The notes under the pieces: model-generated | The model's input: the letters and a program-made list of their open reading frames with translations, nothing else | The model's database searches: none | What the model was told of the DNA's origin: nothing | Part shown: piece after piece, positions 27,274 through 37,086 of the stretch | How positions within the stretch are numbered: the first letter of the stretch is position 1 | Layout of the letters: each line of letters opens with the position of its first letter | From: an uncultured bacterium | GTDB lineage: Bacteria > Patescibacteriota > Minisyncoccia > Phycocordibacterales > UBA9973 | DNA length: 64,000 nt | Direction: 5' to 3' | Assembly (NCBI GenBank): GCA_937895515.1 | Contig: CALAYS010000157.1 | Span: 12,462-76,461, forward strand | Made by a program: the position numbers and the translations under genes

Positions 27274-27816
27274 TTATTTCATTCCAAAAGTTTTATACAA
27301 TTCTTTTTCGGTTATTTCGTCTATTGTATTAGTTAAAAATATTATCATTTCATTGGTTAAACTCAAGTCTTTTTTAATATTGTAAAACATAAATTCAAAT
27401 GGATAAGGTGATATCCAAGCCGAATTTTTAAGACACACAAATCCTGCCTTTTTTAATAAATAACGCAGTGACTCACGCTCGGACTTTCTATTTTCTGGAA
27501 GATCCAGCATAACAATGCGCCAATTACCGTCCCAAGAAGTATTAACCATTGCGGTGTTACTTTCTAGATTAATGCTGTTTAGTTTTCTTTTACCTTGTTT
27601 AGTCAAACGAACATAATTATTTTGCGGGGATTTTATGTTTTCAATAAATCCAGCATCAGATAAAGATTTTAATGACCGAGTAATTGCATAGCGAGACTTG
27701 GTAGTTGTACTACTTTCTGGACTTAGTAGTCCAACTACCAAGTTATCAGATTCCACCGCCGGCTTGTCCGCCAGTATTTTAAGTATTTTTTTAGAATAAT
27801 CTGTATTCTTTGCCAT
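27274..27816 (-). CDS. PaaX-like winged-helix transcriptional regulator
   Basis: Start trimmed to ATG 27816 (MAKNTDYSKK). WDGNWRIVMLDLPE..R..R..LR..LKKAGF..L..S.W.SPYP matches the PaaX family C-terminal pattern. Divergent from dnaK. Confidence 0.65.
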   Translation of the reverse strand: MAKNTDYSKKILKILADKPAVESDNLVVGLLSPESSTTTKSRYAITRSLKSLSDAGFIENIKSPQNNYVRLTKQGKRKLNSINLESNTAMVNTSWDGNWRIVMLDLPENRKSERESLRYLLKKAGFVCLKNSAWISPYPFEFMFYNIKKDLSLTNEMIIFLTNTIDEITEKELYKTFGMK

Positions 27817-27875
27817 ATATTTATAATATAATATAGTTATCCACATTTTACAAGTTTTTTGCGGTCGCTAAATAC

Positions 27876-27904
27876 TTGTCAAAAAATAAGGGTTAGTATA
27901 TAAT
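27876..27904 (+). promoter_or_regulatory. dnaK promoter TTGTCA-N17-TATAAT (41 nt to ATG 27946)
   Basis: Near-consensus hexamers. The -35 overlaps the right arm of an inverted repeat (27846..27855 / 27874..27883). Confidence 0.6.
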
Positions 27905-27945
27905 GCAACTATAAATTATTAAAAGTAATAAATATCATACAAAAT

Positions 27946-29844
27946 ATGGGAAAAATCATAGGTATTGATCTAGGTACAACAAACAGTGCAGTAGCTATTA
28001 TAGAAGCTGGGCAACCAAAAATTATAGAGAATATAGAAGGTAACCGTACTACTCCAAGTATCGTAGCAATTAGTAAAACAGGTGAAAGACTTGTGGGATT
28101 ACTGGCTAAACGCCAAGCTGTAACAAACCCGGAAAATACTATTTATGGTATTAAACGGTTCATGGGGCATCTTTTCTCTGACCCAGAAATAATGAAAGGT
28201 AAAGATACTTTGTCATTTAAAACACAGGCCGGCCAAGATGGTGGAGTAATGGTTAAAATTGGTGAAGAATTTACTCGTCCAGAGGAAATCTCTGCAATGA
28301 TATTAGCTAAAATCAAAGCTGATGTTGAAGCTAAGCTTGGTGAAAAAGTTACCGAAGCTGTAATTACAGTTCCTGCGTATTTTAATGACGCCCAAAGAAA
28401 AGCTACTAAAGATGCCGGAGCTATTGCTGGTCTTGATGTTAAAAGAATTATCAATGAACCAACAGCAGCCGCACTTGCATATGGATTTAACAAAAAGAAA
28501 AATGAAAAAATCGCAGTTTATGACTTTGGAGGTGGAACATTTGATGTTTCTATTCTAGAAGTTGGTGATGATGTTATTGAAGTTAAATCAACCGATGGGG
28601 ATTCACACATGGGTGGTGAAGACATTGATCAAAAAATAATCCGCTTTATTGCTGATGAATTCAAAAAAGAAAGTGGTATTGATATAACAAAAGACACCCT
28701 AGCATTGCAACGCCTTAAAGAAGCTGCAGAGAAAGTTAAACACGAATTATCAACTACTATGGAGTCTGAAATAAACATTCCGTTTATTACATCTGACGCT
28801 AGTGGCCCAAAACATTTACTATTAAAGATGACTCGTGCAAAGCTGGAAGAACTAGCAAAAGAATACATTGACCGATCAATTGAAATTACAAAGCGTGCAA
28901 TCGAAGCTAGTCCTTTTAAGGCCTCAGAAATTGATGAAGTTATTCTTGTTGGTGGACAAACCCGTATGCCAGCAATTATCGAAGCAGTAAAAGCATTATT
29001 TGGTAAAGAACCAAACCGCACAATTAACCCAGATGAAGTTGTAGCATTAGGTGCTGCAGTCCAAGGTGGAGTTTTGCAAGGTGATGTTAGGGATGTATTA
29101 CTGCTAGATGTTATTCCACTATCACTAGGTATTGAAACATTAGGTGGTGTTGCTACAAAATTAATCGAGAAAAACACAACTATTCCTACAAACCGTTCGC
29201 AAGTATTTTCAACTGCAGGTGATAACCAAACCAGTGTTGAGATTCACATTACTCAAGGTGAACGCCAAATGGTGCAAGATAATAAATCACTTGGTAGATT
29301 TATTCTAGATGGTATTCCACCAGCTCCACGCGGTATGCCACAAATTGAAGTGACTTTTGATGTAGACGCTAACGGTATACTTTCTGTTAAAGCTAAAGAC
29401 AAAGCCAGTGGTAAAGAACAAAGTATTCGTATTGAAGCATCATCAGGTCTATCTGATGCTGATATTGAAAAGATGAAACAAGATGCTGAAAAATATGCCG
29501 AAGAAGACGCAAAGAAAAAAGAATTAGTTGATACTAAAAACACTGCCGAGATGCTACTGTACACTGCGGAAAAATCTCTAAAAGATGCAGAGGGTAAAGT
29601 TAGTACTGAAACAAAAGAATTGGTAGAAAAATCAATTGCTGATTTGAAAGCTGTTAAAGACGGTGATGACCAAAATGCAATTAAAGAAAAAACTGAAAGC
29701 CTAAGCAGTGCAATGAGTAAAATTGGTGAAGAAATGAATAAAGCTAACCAAGATGCTCCAAAAACAGAATCTGGAGCACAATCTGAAGCTAAAGAAGCAG
29801 AATTTACAGAGAAAAAAGAAGATGAGGGAGAAAAGAGCGCCTAA
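27946..29844 (+). CDS. dnaK: molecular chaperone DnaK
   Basis: [27 protein letters not shown]; 632 aa. Confidence 0.98.
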   Translation: MGKIIGIDLGTTNSAVAIIEAGQPKIIENIEGNRTTPSIVAISKTGERLVGLLAKRQAVTNPENTIYGIKRFMGHLFSDPEIMKGKDTLSFKTQAGQDGGVMVKIGEEFTRPEEISAMILAKIKADVEAKLGEKVTEAVITVPAYFNDAQRKATKDAGAIAGLDVKRIINEPTAAALAYGFNKKKNEKIAVYDFGGGTFDVSILEVGDDVIEVKSTDGDSHMGGEDIDQKIIRFIADEFKKESGIDITKDTLALQRLKEAAEKVKHELSTTMESEINIPFITSDASGPKHLLLKMTRAKLEELAKEYIDRSIEITKRAIEASPFKASEIDEVILVGGQTRMPAIIEAVKALFGKEPNRTINPDEVVALGAAVQGGVLQGDVRDVLLLDVIPLSLGIETLGGVATKLIEKNTTIPTNRSQVFSTAGDNQTSVEIHITQGERQMVQDNKSLGRFILDGIPPAPRGMPQIEVTFDVDANGILSVKAKDKASGKEQSIRIEASSGLSDADIEKMKQDAEKYAEEDAKKKELVDTKNTAEMLLYTAEKSLKDAEGKVSTETKELVEKSIADLKAVKDGDDQNAIKEKTESLSSAMSKIGEEMNKANQDAPKTESGAQSEAKEAEFTEKKEDEGEKSA

Positions 29845-30373
29845 ATACAAGGTGCCAGCAAATATCGCGGAAAGTAATACAACTCTTCGCGATGTTTTGC
29901 GTAACCTTAAAGATCGTAAAAATGCTTGCATCGTAGTACTGGATGAACTAACCGATGTACACAATGTTGGGGCAATTATTCGGTCCAGTGTTGCGTCTGG
30001 TGTAGATGCAATAGTTATTGCTAAAAACAACCAAGCTCCAATTAATGACACTGTAATGCATACATCAGCCGGTACAGCTGGGATGATTCCAGTAATTGCT
30101 ATGAATGTTAATGATGCCATCCGCACAATGAAAGAAAATGGTTTTTGGGTGCATGGATTATTTATGAGTGGTGAGACTAATTTATGGAAATCAGATTTAA
30201 CTGGTAAAGTTGGTATAGTTGTAGGGTCCGAAGGTGAAGGCATCCATGCTATGACTATGAAATTGTGTGATTATGGTTTAGCTATACCTATGGATTCTAA
30301 AGTTGAATCACTAAATGCATCTGTTAGCGTAGCCGTGGCTCTTTATGAGCGTTTACGACAAATTAGTATATAA
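29822..30373 (+). CDS. SpoU/TrmH-family RNA 2'-O-methyltransferase
   Basis: Start set at ATG 29822, overlapping the dnaK end by 23 nt. [21 protein letters not shown]....[14 protein letters not shown]. Confidence 0.8.
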   Translation: MREKRAPKYKVPANIAESNTTLRDVLRNLKDRKNACIVVLDELTDVHNVGAIIRSSVASGVDAIVIAKNNQAPINDTVMHTSAGTAGMIPVIAMNVNDAIRTMKENGFWVHGLFMSGETNLWKSDLTGKVGIVVGSEGEGIHAMTMKLCDYGLAIPMDSKVESLNASVSVAVALYERLRQISI

Positions 30374-30374
30374 T
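30369..30374 (+). promoter_or_regulatory. TATAAT 6 nt before the dnaJ ATG 30381 (possible internal promoter)
   Basis: Hexamer overlaps the trmH-like stop codon; no TG extension. Confidence 0.4.
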
Positions 30375-30380
30375 AATTTT

Positions 30381-31457
30381 ATGGCAAAAGATTATTACGA
30401 AATATTAGGAATACAAAAAGGTGCATCGAAAGATGAGATAAAAAAAGCTTTTCATAAAATGGCACACAAATATCATCCGGATAAAAATGGTGGTGATGAT
30501 GCTAAATTTAAAGAAGCCAATGAAGCTTATCAAGTCCTAAGTGATGACACTAAACGCGTACAGTATGACCAATTTGGACATGCAGATTTTTCTGGTGCAG
30601 GAGCTGGCGGATATGGTGGGGCTAATTATGGTGGATTCTCTCAGCAAGGATTTGATTTTGATATGGGGGATTTGGGTGATATATTTGGTGACTTTTTTGG
30701 TGGTGGAATGGGCGGACGATCCCAATCACGCGTTAAAAAAGGCCGTGATTTAGCCACAGAAATAAATTTAACTTTTAATGAAGCAATTTTTGGAGCTGAA
30801 AAAATAATCCGTATCAAAAAACCAAGCAAATGTAATACTTGTAGTGGCACCGGTGGCGCCAAAGATGAACCATTAACTAATTGTTCCAAATGTAATGGAT
30901 CAGGACAAATTACAAATATTCGCCGAACAATGTTAGGAGCATTCCAAGAAACAATAGAATGTGACAATTGTTATGGAACAGGAAAAATAGTAAAAAAGAA
31001 ATGTAATACTTGTAGTGGGACTGGTGCTGAAAATAAAGAAATTGAATTAACTATAAACATTCCAGCAGGGTCCAGTAATGGTGATACCTTAAAACTAACC
31101 GGCGGCGGTGAATTTATTAAGAATGGTAAAATGGGTGATTTGTATTTAAACCTTATTGTTAAGAATAATCCCAATGTGGAACGATCTGGCGCAAATTTAG
31201 TTTATAATTTAAACATTACACCTACCGAAGCTATCTTAGGTGCTAAAAAAGACATTGAATTAATCGATGGGGTCATTACGGTAACAGTACCTGCTGGGTC
31301 AAATGATGGAGAGAATCTAATAATTAAATCACGTGGTATACCACACAGTGGTGGGTCTCGCGGTAGTGCAATACTTCGAATTAAAATAAATATCCCTAAA
31401 AAGCTTTCTAAAAAAGCTAAAGAGCTACTAGAAGAGCTCAAAAAAGAGGGAATATAA
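30381..31457 (+). CDS. dnaJ: molecular chaperone DnaJ
   Basis: Start at ATG 30381 ([11 protein letters not shown]). HPDKN J-domain, G/F-rich region, four CxxCxGxG zinc motifs. Confidence 0.96.
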   Translation: MAKDYYEILGIQKGASKDEIKKAFHKMAHKYHPDKNGGDDAKFKEANEAYQVLSDDTKRVQYDQFGHADFSGAGAGGYGGANYGGFSQQGFDFDMGDLGDIFGDFFGGGMGGRSQSRVKKGRDLATEINLTFNEAIFGAEKIIRIKKPSKCNTCSGTGGAKDEPLTNCSKCNGSGQITNIRRTMLGAFQETIECDNCYGTGKIVKKKCNTCSGTGAENKEIELTINIPAGSSNGDTLKLTGGGEFIKNGKMGDLYLNLIVKNNPNVERSGANLVYNLNITPTEAILGAKKDIELIDGVITVTVPAGSNDGENLIIKSRGIPHSGGSRGSAILRIKINIPKKLSKKAKELLEELKKEGI

Positions 31458-31504
31458 TCCCAAATATTGCAATTTATCACTATTTATGCTATAAATATTC
31501 TTAT

Positions 31505-31762
31505 ATGAAGAAAGATATTCACCCAAAAGATTACCGTAAAGTTGTATTTATTGACTCTGGAACAGGAGCCCAATTTTTAACTTTTTCTACTGTTAAAACT
31601 ACAGAAACTGTTAAATACGAAGGTGATGGTAAAGAATACCCAGCATACTTTGTTGAAATTTCATCAGCAACTCATCCTTTTTATACAGGACAAGAAAGAG
31701 TTCTTGACACTGCAGGACGTGTTGATAAATTCAAGAAACGCGCATCTCTTAAGAAAGCTTAA
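31505..31762 (+). CDS. rpmE: 50S ribosomal protein L31 (Cys-less type B)
   Basis: [10 protein letters not shown]...[10 protein letters not shown]. Confidence 0.9.
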   Translation: MKKDIHPKDYRKVVFIDSGTGAQFLTFSTVKTTETVKYEGDGKEYPAYFVEISSATHPFYTGQERVLDTAGRVDKFKKRASLKKA

Positions 31763-31855
31763 CTATTTTAAGGTACTCCCTTTTTCTCCTATAATTTTAG
31801 GGGATATGTCTTAAAGACACAGGGGGTATTTTTTGTTATAATAATTTACATAAAT

Positions 31856-32797
31856 ATGTTAGACATTGAAAAATTAAAAGAGAATTACAAAACCGAATTT
31901 CTTGCACATCAGTACGAGAAGCTTTTGCGTGAAAAAGAAGAAGTTGAAAAAATGATAACAGACAACCCAGATATGGCGGATATGGCAGTTGAAGAATTAT
32001 CAATGATTGAAATGCAGATAAAATCTATAGTTGACCAAGTTGCTGAAATTGAAAAATCTGAAAAAGAGGAAGAAGAATTCCCAAATGAAGTCGTTGTTGA
32101 AATGCGCGCTGGCGCTGGTGGAGATGAAGCCAGCTTGTTTGCTAGCGAGCTTTCACAAATGTATCAACGTTATGCTGCAAAGAAAAAATGGGCAGTGCAC
32201 ATGCTAGATGATGATACTTTTCAAATCCGCGGACAAGACGTATACAAACTACTAAGGTTTGAAACCGGAGTTCATCGAGTTCAAAGAATTCCACTAACTG
32301 AAAAAAATGGACGAATCCATACTTCAACTGCTAGTGTAGCTATACTTCCAATTCGTAAAAAAACTAAAATCACAATTAACCCAGCTGATCTAGAAATGGA
32401 ATTATCTCGTGCTGGGGGTGCTGGTGGGCAAAACGTTAACAAGGTTGAAACCGCAGTAAGACTAATCCATAAACCAACAGGGTTAGCAGTGCGCTGTACC
32501 ATGGAACGGTCTCAATTAGCTAACCGCGACCGTGCAATGGAAATGCTTCAAGCTAAACTACAAATGATGGAAGATGAGCGTGAAGCTGCTAAATACGCCG
32601 GAGACAGAGCCAGTCAAATTGGTACAGCAGACAGAAGTGAAAAAATTAGAACTTATAATTTCCCGCAAGATAGAATAACCGACCACCGTATACGAATGTC
32701 ATGGCACAATTTACCTAAAATCATGATGGGGGAAATTGATGACATTATTGATGCTTTTCAAAATGGTGTTATTGGTGACGCTGGCGAAGAAGAATAA
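31856..32797 (+). CDS. prfA: peptide chain release factor 1 (short, 313 aa)
   Basis: GGQ motif ([16 protein letters not shown]). [14 protein letters not shown] occupies the RF1 PxT tripeptide position. Confidence 0.85.
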   Translation: MLDIEKLKENYKTEFLAHQYEKLLREKEEVEKMITDNPDMADMAVEELSMIEMQIKSIVDQVAEIEKSEKEEEEFPNEVVVEMRAGAGGDEASLFASELSQMYQRYAAKKKWAVHMLDDDTFQIRGQDVYKLLRFETGVHRVQRIPLTEKNGRIHTSTASVAILPIRKKTKITINPADLEMELSRAGGAGGQNVNKVETAVRLIHKPTGLAVRCTMERSQLANRDRAMEMLQAKLQMMEDEREAAKYAGDRASQIGTADRSEKIRTYNFPQDRITDHRIRMSWHNLPKIMMGEIDDIIDAFQNGVIGDAGEEE

Positions 32798-32816
32798 AGA
32801 GATAATCTAAAATAAA

Positions 32817-32849
32817 ATGACTAAGATATTTGCATCTTGGTCATTTTTA
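32817..32849 (+). terminator. prfA terminator
   Basis: ATGACTAAGAT-atttgc-ATCTTGGTCAT (one G-U pair) followed by TTTTT. Confidence 0.75.
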
Positions 32850-32858
32850 TGTTAAAAT
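32850..32858 (+). promoter_or_regulatory. extended -10 TGtTAAAAT, 24 nt before ATG 32883
   Basis: Directly follows the prfA terminator. Confidence 0.5.
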
Positions 32859-32882
32859 ATTGCCGACTTAAAAAACTGAAAA

Positions 32883-34169
32883 ATGAACAAAACAAAAATT
32901 TTTAACGGAACAGTAGCATCGATACTACTAGGACTCTTACTTTTCTTTGCTTGGGTTTCTGACCCAATGGACTCTTACGTAGAGGGCCTAGTATGTGTAT
33001 TCTTGCTTATAGGATTCTTTGTCTTTTTAGACAAAGTTATGCCTGCTAGTTTTTGTTTAGCATTGTTAATGTTAAGCACTAACGCTATTAATGCGCAGAA
33101 CAAAAAACCAGTTGGACTTGAAAATTTAAAATATCAGGACGCTGTTAGAATAGGATGGACAAGTCCTGATTTTAAAGAACTAATACCAAAAAAATTAGTA
33201 CCACCTTATGATACTAGCAAAAAAACAAGTTTTGGTTCCTTAACAAGGAAGGTTTTAGCCTCTGATAAAACAAAAGAAATTTTTTTTGTTAAAACTGAAG
33301 CTATAGATACACCTCCTAAAAAAAACGAAGCACTTTCTCTAAAAAAAGAAGACCACACTTTTATCTTTAAAAAAGAAAAAACAGGGCAAATATGCTCAAA
33401 TGGTCTGGAAAAACTAGAGTTTACGCTCTCAACAAAAAAAAATCTAGATTTTATAGTACAAGAGCATTTCTATGCACCCTGGAGACTAGAAGGAAGGTTT
33501 TTTATTCAAATCGAGTCAGAATGGGGTGGAAAAATACCGTTGTTATGGATAAATGGGGCTTTTGATTTAACCGATGGGGAATTTCCTTTACATGCTGGTA
33601 TTGATCTTGGTTTTAATCAAGATCATCAGGAAATATCTTACGGGGCTGGTTTTGATCTTTATTGGTCAGATATACCTAAGTTCTATCTAGGTAAAATATC
33701 AATAGATATACCAAAGTATTTCCATATTTTGAGAACTGGTGGAAATGTAATGTCTTTTGCAAGTACTAGAGAACTTAAATCTGTAGACGGTGAAGACTCT
33801 GTTGATATTTTAAAAAAACCAGAATTTTCGTTGTTTTTTCAAAGCCAGCCATTCCATGTAAACAAAAACCTATCTGTTTTTTTTGAAGGATCAAGTCAGT
33901 TAGTTAATAAAACTAACAATTTCTTTGAATTAGAGATAGGACTAAAACATGAAGAAATACTCGATAATTTAATCGGTATTGGATTGCGTCTAGCATATGA
34001 AGATTCAAAATTCCATTCTTTTTCTGGAGTCATTAGATTTAATGTTTCTAATCCAAATCCAAAACTTTTAGAAAAAGAAGTAAAAAAGAAAAAAAGAAAA
34101 AAAACAATAGCATCGACCTTTCGGGGTAGGTGCTTTTTTATTTGCAAAATAATACAATTAAATACATAA
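32883..34169 (+). CDS. hypothetical protein, beta-rich C-terminal half
   Basis: 428-aa ORF with its own TGtTAAAAT promoter. Internal signal-peptide-like MPASFCLALLMLSTNAINAQ at residue 53. Lys-rich tail. Confidence 0.5.
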   Translation: MNKTKIFNGTVASILLGLLLFFAWVSDPMDSYVEGLVCVFLLIGFFVFLDKVMPASFCLALLMLSTNAINAQNKKPVGLENLKYQDAVRIGWTSPDFKELIPKKLVPPYDTSKKTSFGSLTRKVLASDKTKEIFFVKTEAIDTPPKKNEALSLKKEDHTFIFKKEKTGQICSNGLEKLEFTLSTKKNLDFIVQEHFYAPWRLEGRFFIQIESEWGGKIPLLWINGAFDLTDGEFPLHAGIDLGFNQDHQEISYGAGFDLYWSDIPKFYLGKISIDIPKYFHILRTGGNVMSFASTRELKSVDGEDSVDILKKPEFSLFFQSQPFHVNKNLSVFFEGSSQLVNKTNNFFELEIGLKHEEILDNLIGIGLRLAYEDSKFHSFSGVIRFNVSNPNPKLLEKEVKKKKRKKTIASTFRGRCFFICKIIQLNT

Positions 34170-34186
34170 TATAAAAAATTAAAAAC

Positions 34187-34399
34187 ATGAACTTTTTACC
34201 CAAAAAAACAGTGGGGTATATACTCCTCACATTAATTTTTATTGCTTTTGCTGTAGTATTTTTTATTTTCTCTAAAAATGAGCCGACAAAGAGTAATATC
34301 CCTTTAAAATGGGAGTATATAGGAACCGCACTATTTTTTGTAGTATTTGCTATTGCCGCTTTAATAAGGGCATTTAGGCACTATAAAAATGTTACTTAA
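34187..34399 (+). CDS. small two-TM membrane protein
   Basis: 70 aa with two hydrophobic helices, followed by a terminator. Confidence 0.45.
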   Translation: MNFLPKKTVGYILLTLIFIAFAVVFFIFSKNEPTKSNIPLKWEYIGTALFFVVFAIAALIRAFRHYKNVT

Positions 34400-34432
34400 A
34401 TGTAACAAAAAGAAAAATAATAAAAGAAAAAT

Positions 34433-34467
34433 AAGGTTGCTATTCATAAGTAGTAGCCTTTTTATTT
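34433..34467 (+). terminator. intrinsic terminator
   Basis: 10-bp stem AAGGTTGCTA / TAGTAGCCTT (two G-U pairs), 8-nt loop, then TTTATTT. Confidence 0.65.
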
Positions 34468-34494
34468 GCTTTAAAAGCATAATTTTGCTATAAT
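34466..34494 (+). promoter_or_regulatory. promoter TTGCTT-N17-(TGc)TATAAT for tRNA-Ile and the atp operon
   Basis: Follows terminator 34433..34467. Palindrome CTAGGCGCCTAG starts right after the -10. Confidence 0.6.
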
Positions 34495-34538
34495 CTAGGC
34501 GCCTAGTGGATTTAGTCACGGGTTGATCTTTCGTTTAT

Positions 34539-34610
34539 GCGTGTATAGTTCAGTGGTAGAACGCTGTCCTGATAAGACAGAGGTCCTTGGTCCGATTCCA
34601 AGTACACGCA
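34539..34610 (+). tRNA. tRNA-Ile (anticodon GAT)
   Basis: Hand-folded: acceptor GCGTGTA/TACACGC, D arm GTTC-AGTGGTA-GAAC, anticodon stem CTGTC/GACAG with loop CTGATAA, T arm CTTGG-TCCGATT-CCAAG. 72 nt; CCA not encoded. Confidence 0.9.
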
Positions 34611-34611
34611 C

Positions 34612-34938
34612 ATGGATGAAATCCAAAGTAACATTAATGATGGTAAGAAAAAATCAATCTTATTCAGTCAAGAATTAAGTTTTGGTTTGAATTTATCTTA
34701 CTGGATAATTTTTCCAGTAATCATTGGGTTTTTCCTGGGTAGATATATTGTTGATAAATTTAATCTACCAGAATATGTTTTTTATTCAATTTTAATTTTC
34801 TTTGTATTATCTTCTTTTTATGGACTCAGTAAGGAAATTTTAAAATATTTAAAAAAATTACAAAAAGAAGAAACTCGAAAAGTTCCCAAAAACAATGAAA
34901 TTAAAAATAATGAACAAGATTGGAATAAATTTAATTAA
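34612..34938 (+). CDS. AtpI/AtpZ-like small membrane protein, first gene of the atp operon
   Basis: Two TM helices (YWIIFPVIIGFFLGRYI, VFYSILIFFVLSSFYGL). Positioned immediately upstream of atpB. Confidence 0.6.
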   Translation: MDEIQSNINDGKKKSILFSQELSFGLNLSYWIIFPVIIGFFLGRYIVDKFNLPEYVFYSILIFFVLSSFYGLSKEILKYLKKLQKEETRKVPKNNEIKNNEQDWNKFN

Positions 34939-34940
34939 AC

Positions 34941-35897
34941 ATGACAGACACTAATATAGAAAACAACGAAATACATACAACAAATACAGAAGTTCTTCAG
35001 CAAGAAGATCATTCTTCTAGTAACCAAGAAACATCTCACGAAGCAACACTTTATGCAGAACCTATTGGTACTATTGGATCTTTTACTGTAACTAATGCAT
35101 TACTAACAAGCTGGATTGCTATATTTATTTTTGCAATAATTGTTTTAGTTTTTAGACTTAAGAAAATCAAATTAATCCCAGGAAAATTTCAAAACTTTTT
35201 TGAATTAATTATTCATGGGGCTTTAAATCTATGTGACCAAGTAACAGGTAACCGCAAGGTTTCAATAAAAGTTTTCCCAATTGTTTTTTCTTTGTTTGTT
35301 TTTGTACTAATTAACAACTGGGTTGGAATACTTCCAGGAGTTGGGTCTTTTGGTCATATTGTAAATGAAAACGGTCACAGTGTATTTGTACCACTATTAC
35401 GCGGGGCAACTGCTGATATTAATACAACATTAGCTATTTCTTTGTTTACGGTAATTGCTTCAAATATTTTCGGTATAATTACTCTTGGTTTATGGAAAGG
35501 TATAAACAAATACGTAAAAATTTCTGAGCTTGCTAAAATGCGCAATTTTATGAAAGAACCAACTATCCTAATAGTTGCACCTATTCATTTTTTTGTTGGT
35601 ATCTTAGAAGCTATTGGTGAAGTTGCTAAAGTTGCATCACTTACATTTCGTCTTTACGGTAATGTTTTTGCAGGGGAAGTGTTATTAGCTTCTATGGCAG
35701 CGATATTTTCATTTCTACTACCAGTACCATTTTTATTCTTAGAATTTTTCGTAGGCCTTATACAAGCATTTATCTTTTCAATGCTGACGCTTGTATATTT
35801 TTCAATCCAAGCAACCGACCATGATGAACACGATTCCCATGAATCTACGCATCATGATGAAAAACATCACGAGCAAATAGCTCAGGGATCGGTTTAA
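34941..35897 (+). CDS. atpB: F0F1 ATP synthase subunit a
   Basis: LTFRLYGNVFAGEVLL contains the conserved Arg. Polytopic, with a hydrophilic N-terminal extension and a His-rich C-terminal tail. Confidence 0.93.
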   Translation: MTDTNIENNEIHTTNTEVLQQEDHSSSNQETSHEATLYAEPIGTIGSFTVTNALLTSWIAIFIFAIIVLVFRLKKIKLIPGKFQNFFELIIHGALNLCDQVTGNRKVSIKVFPIVFSLFVFVLINNWVGILPGVGSFGHIVNENGHSVFVPLLRGATADINTTLAISLFTVIASNIFGIITLGLWKGINKYVKISELAKMRNFMKEPTILIVAPIHFFVGILEAIGEVAKVASLTFRLYGNVFAGEVLLASMAAIFSFLLPVPFLFLEFFVGLIQAFIFSMLTLVYFSIQATDHDEHDSHESTHHDEKHHEQIAQGSV

Positions 35898-35904
35898 TTA
35901 TTAG

Positions 35905-36141
<237 letters not shown>

Positions 36142-36169
36142 TATTTAATCACATTAATTAGAAAATTTT

Positions 36170-36661
36170 ATGGACTCATTAGTATCAACATTTCATATCG
36201 ACTTTAAACTTGTTATCGCTCAGCTTATAAACTTTGCTGTTGTTCTTATTCTTGTTTACTATGTTTTAGGTAAACCATTAATTAAGATGATGAACAAAAG
36301 AGACATTCATATTAAAGAAGGTATCGATAATGCTGCTAATGCTCTTGAGCTCATTAAAAAGACCGAGGAAGAATACGAAGCAACACTTCTTAAAGCAAAA
36401 ACAGAAGCTAGTGATTTTTTTCAAGAAGTAAAAAAACAAACTGAAGCTAAAAAATCAGCAATGCTGGAAGATGCAAGACTTGAAGTTGAGACTCTTATTG
36501 CTAATGGTCAAAAGTCTTTAGAAATTGAAAAACAAAAAATCTTAGCAGAAGCAAAGAAAGAAATTGTAGAATTAACAATAACTGCTACTAGCAAAATTCT
36601 AGCAGAACATAGCGGGTCTACTCTTAGTCAAGATACTATAAGTAAAATAAAATCCGTTTAG
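36170..36661 (+). CDS. atpF: F0F1 ATP synthase subunit b
   Basis: N-terminal TM followed by a long charged helix; operon position. Confidence 0.88.
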   Translation: MDSLVSTFHIDFKLVIAQLINFAVVLILVYYVLGKPLIKMMNKRDIHIKEGIDNAANALELIKKTEEEYEATLLKAKTEASDFFQEVKKQTEAKKSAMLEDARLEVETLIANGQKSLEIEKQKILAEAKKEIVELTITATSKILAEHSGSTLSQDTISKIKSV

Positions 36662-36664
36662 CCT

Positions 36665-37069
36665 ATGTCTTCAGTTCCAATTTCAAAAATTGCCCACAAA
36701 ATACATTCTTCTGTAAAGGATAAATCAGGAGATAGTTTGGATAAAACTCTAACTAGTATTGTAAAGATACTTTCTAAAAATAAATTACTGTCCAAGTCTA
36801 ACGAAGTTCTAGAAAAATTAGAAAATTTATTAGATAAAGAAAATGGAATTATTCGAGCAAAAGTATATACAGCACATAAAATCGGAGCAGATAATCTTAA
36901 AGAAATAGAAAAAGAATTAAAAAATAAATACAAAACCAAAACCATCTATATTACTGTTATTGAAGACCCTAAAATCTTAGGTGGGATAAAAATCCAAATA
37001 AAAGATCAAACAATAGATCTAAGTTTGCAAAAAAAGGTTACCCAATTAAAAAAACATTTACTTAATTAA
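36665..37069 (+). CDS. atpH: F0F1 ATP synthase subunit delta (OSCP), N-terminally truncated (134 aa)
   Basis: C-terminal ILGGIKIQI...[15 protein letters not shown] matches the OSCP C-terminal domain. Only about 43 residues precede it. Operon position between b and alpha. Confidence 0.8.
   Translation: MSSVPISKIAHKIHSSVKDKSGDSLDKTLTSIVKILSKNKLLSKSNEVLEKLENLLDKENGIIRAKVYTAHKIGADNLKEIEKELKNKYKTKTIYITVIEDPKILGGIKIQIKDQTIDLSLQKKVTQLKKHLLN
36794..37066 (+). repeat. delta C-terminal domain coding segment (copy 1 of an intra-operon duplication)
   Basis: Over 91 codons, 62/91 aa are identical to 39505..39777 by hand alignment. The last 27 nt including the stop are identical. Confidence 0.9.
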
Positions 37070-37086
37070 GAGACATTATTATAGAT

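Noticed and set aside
32800-34538. Possible genomic island next to tRNA-Ile.
   Set aside because: There is no integrase, no direct repeat of the tRNA 3' end and no obvious compositional shift. The segment lies 5' of the tRNA rather than at its 3' end.
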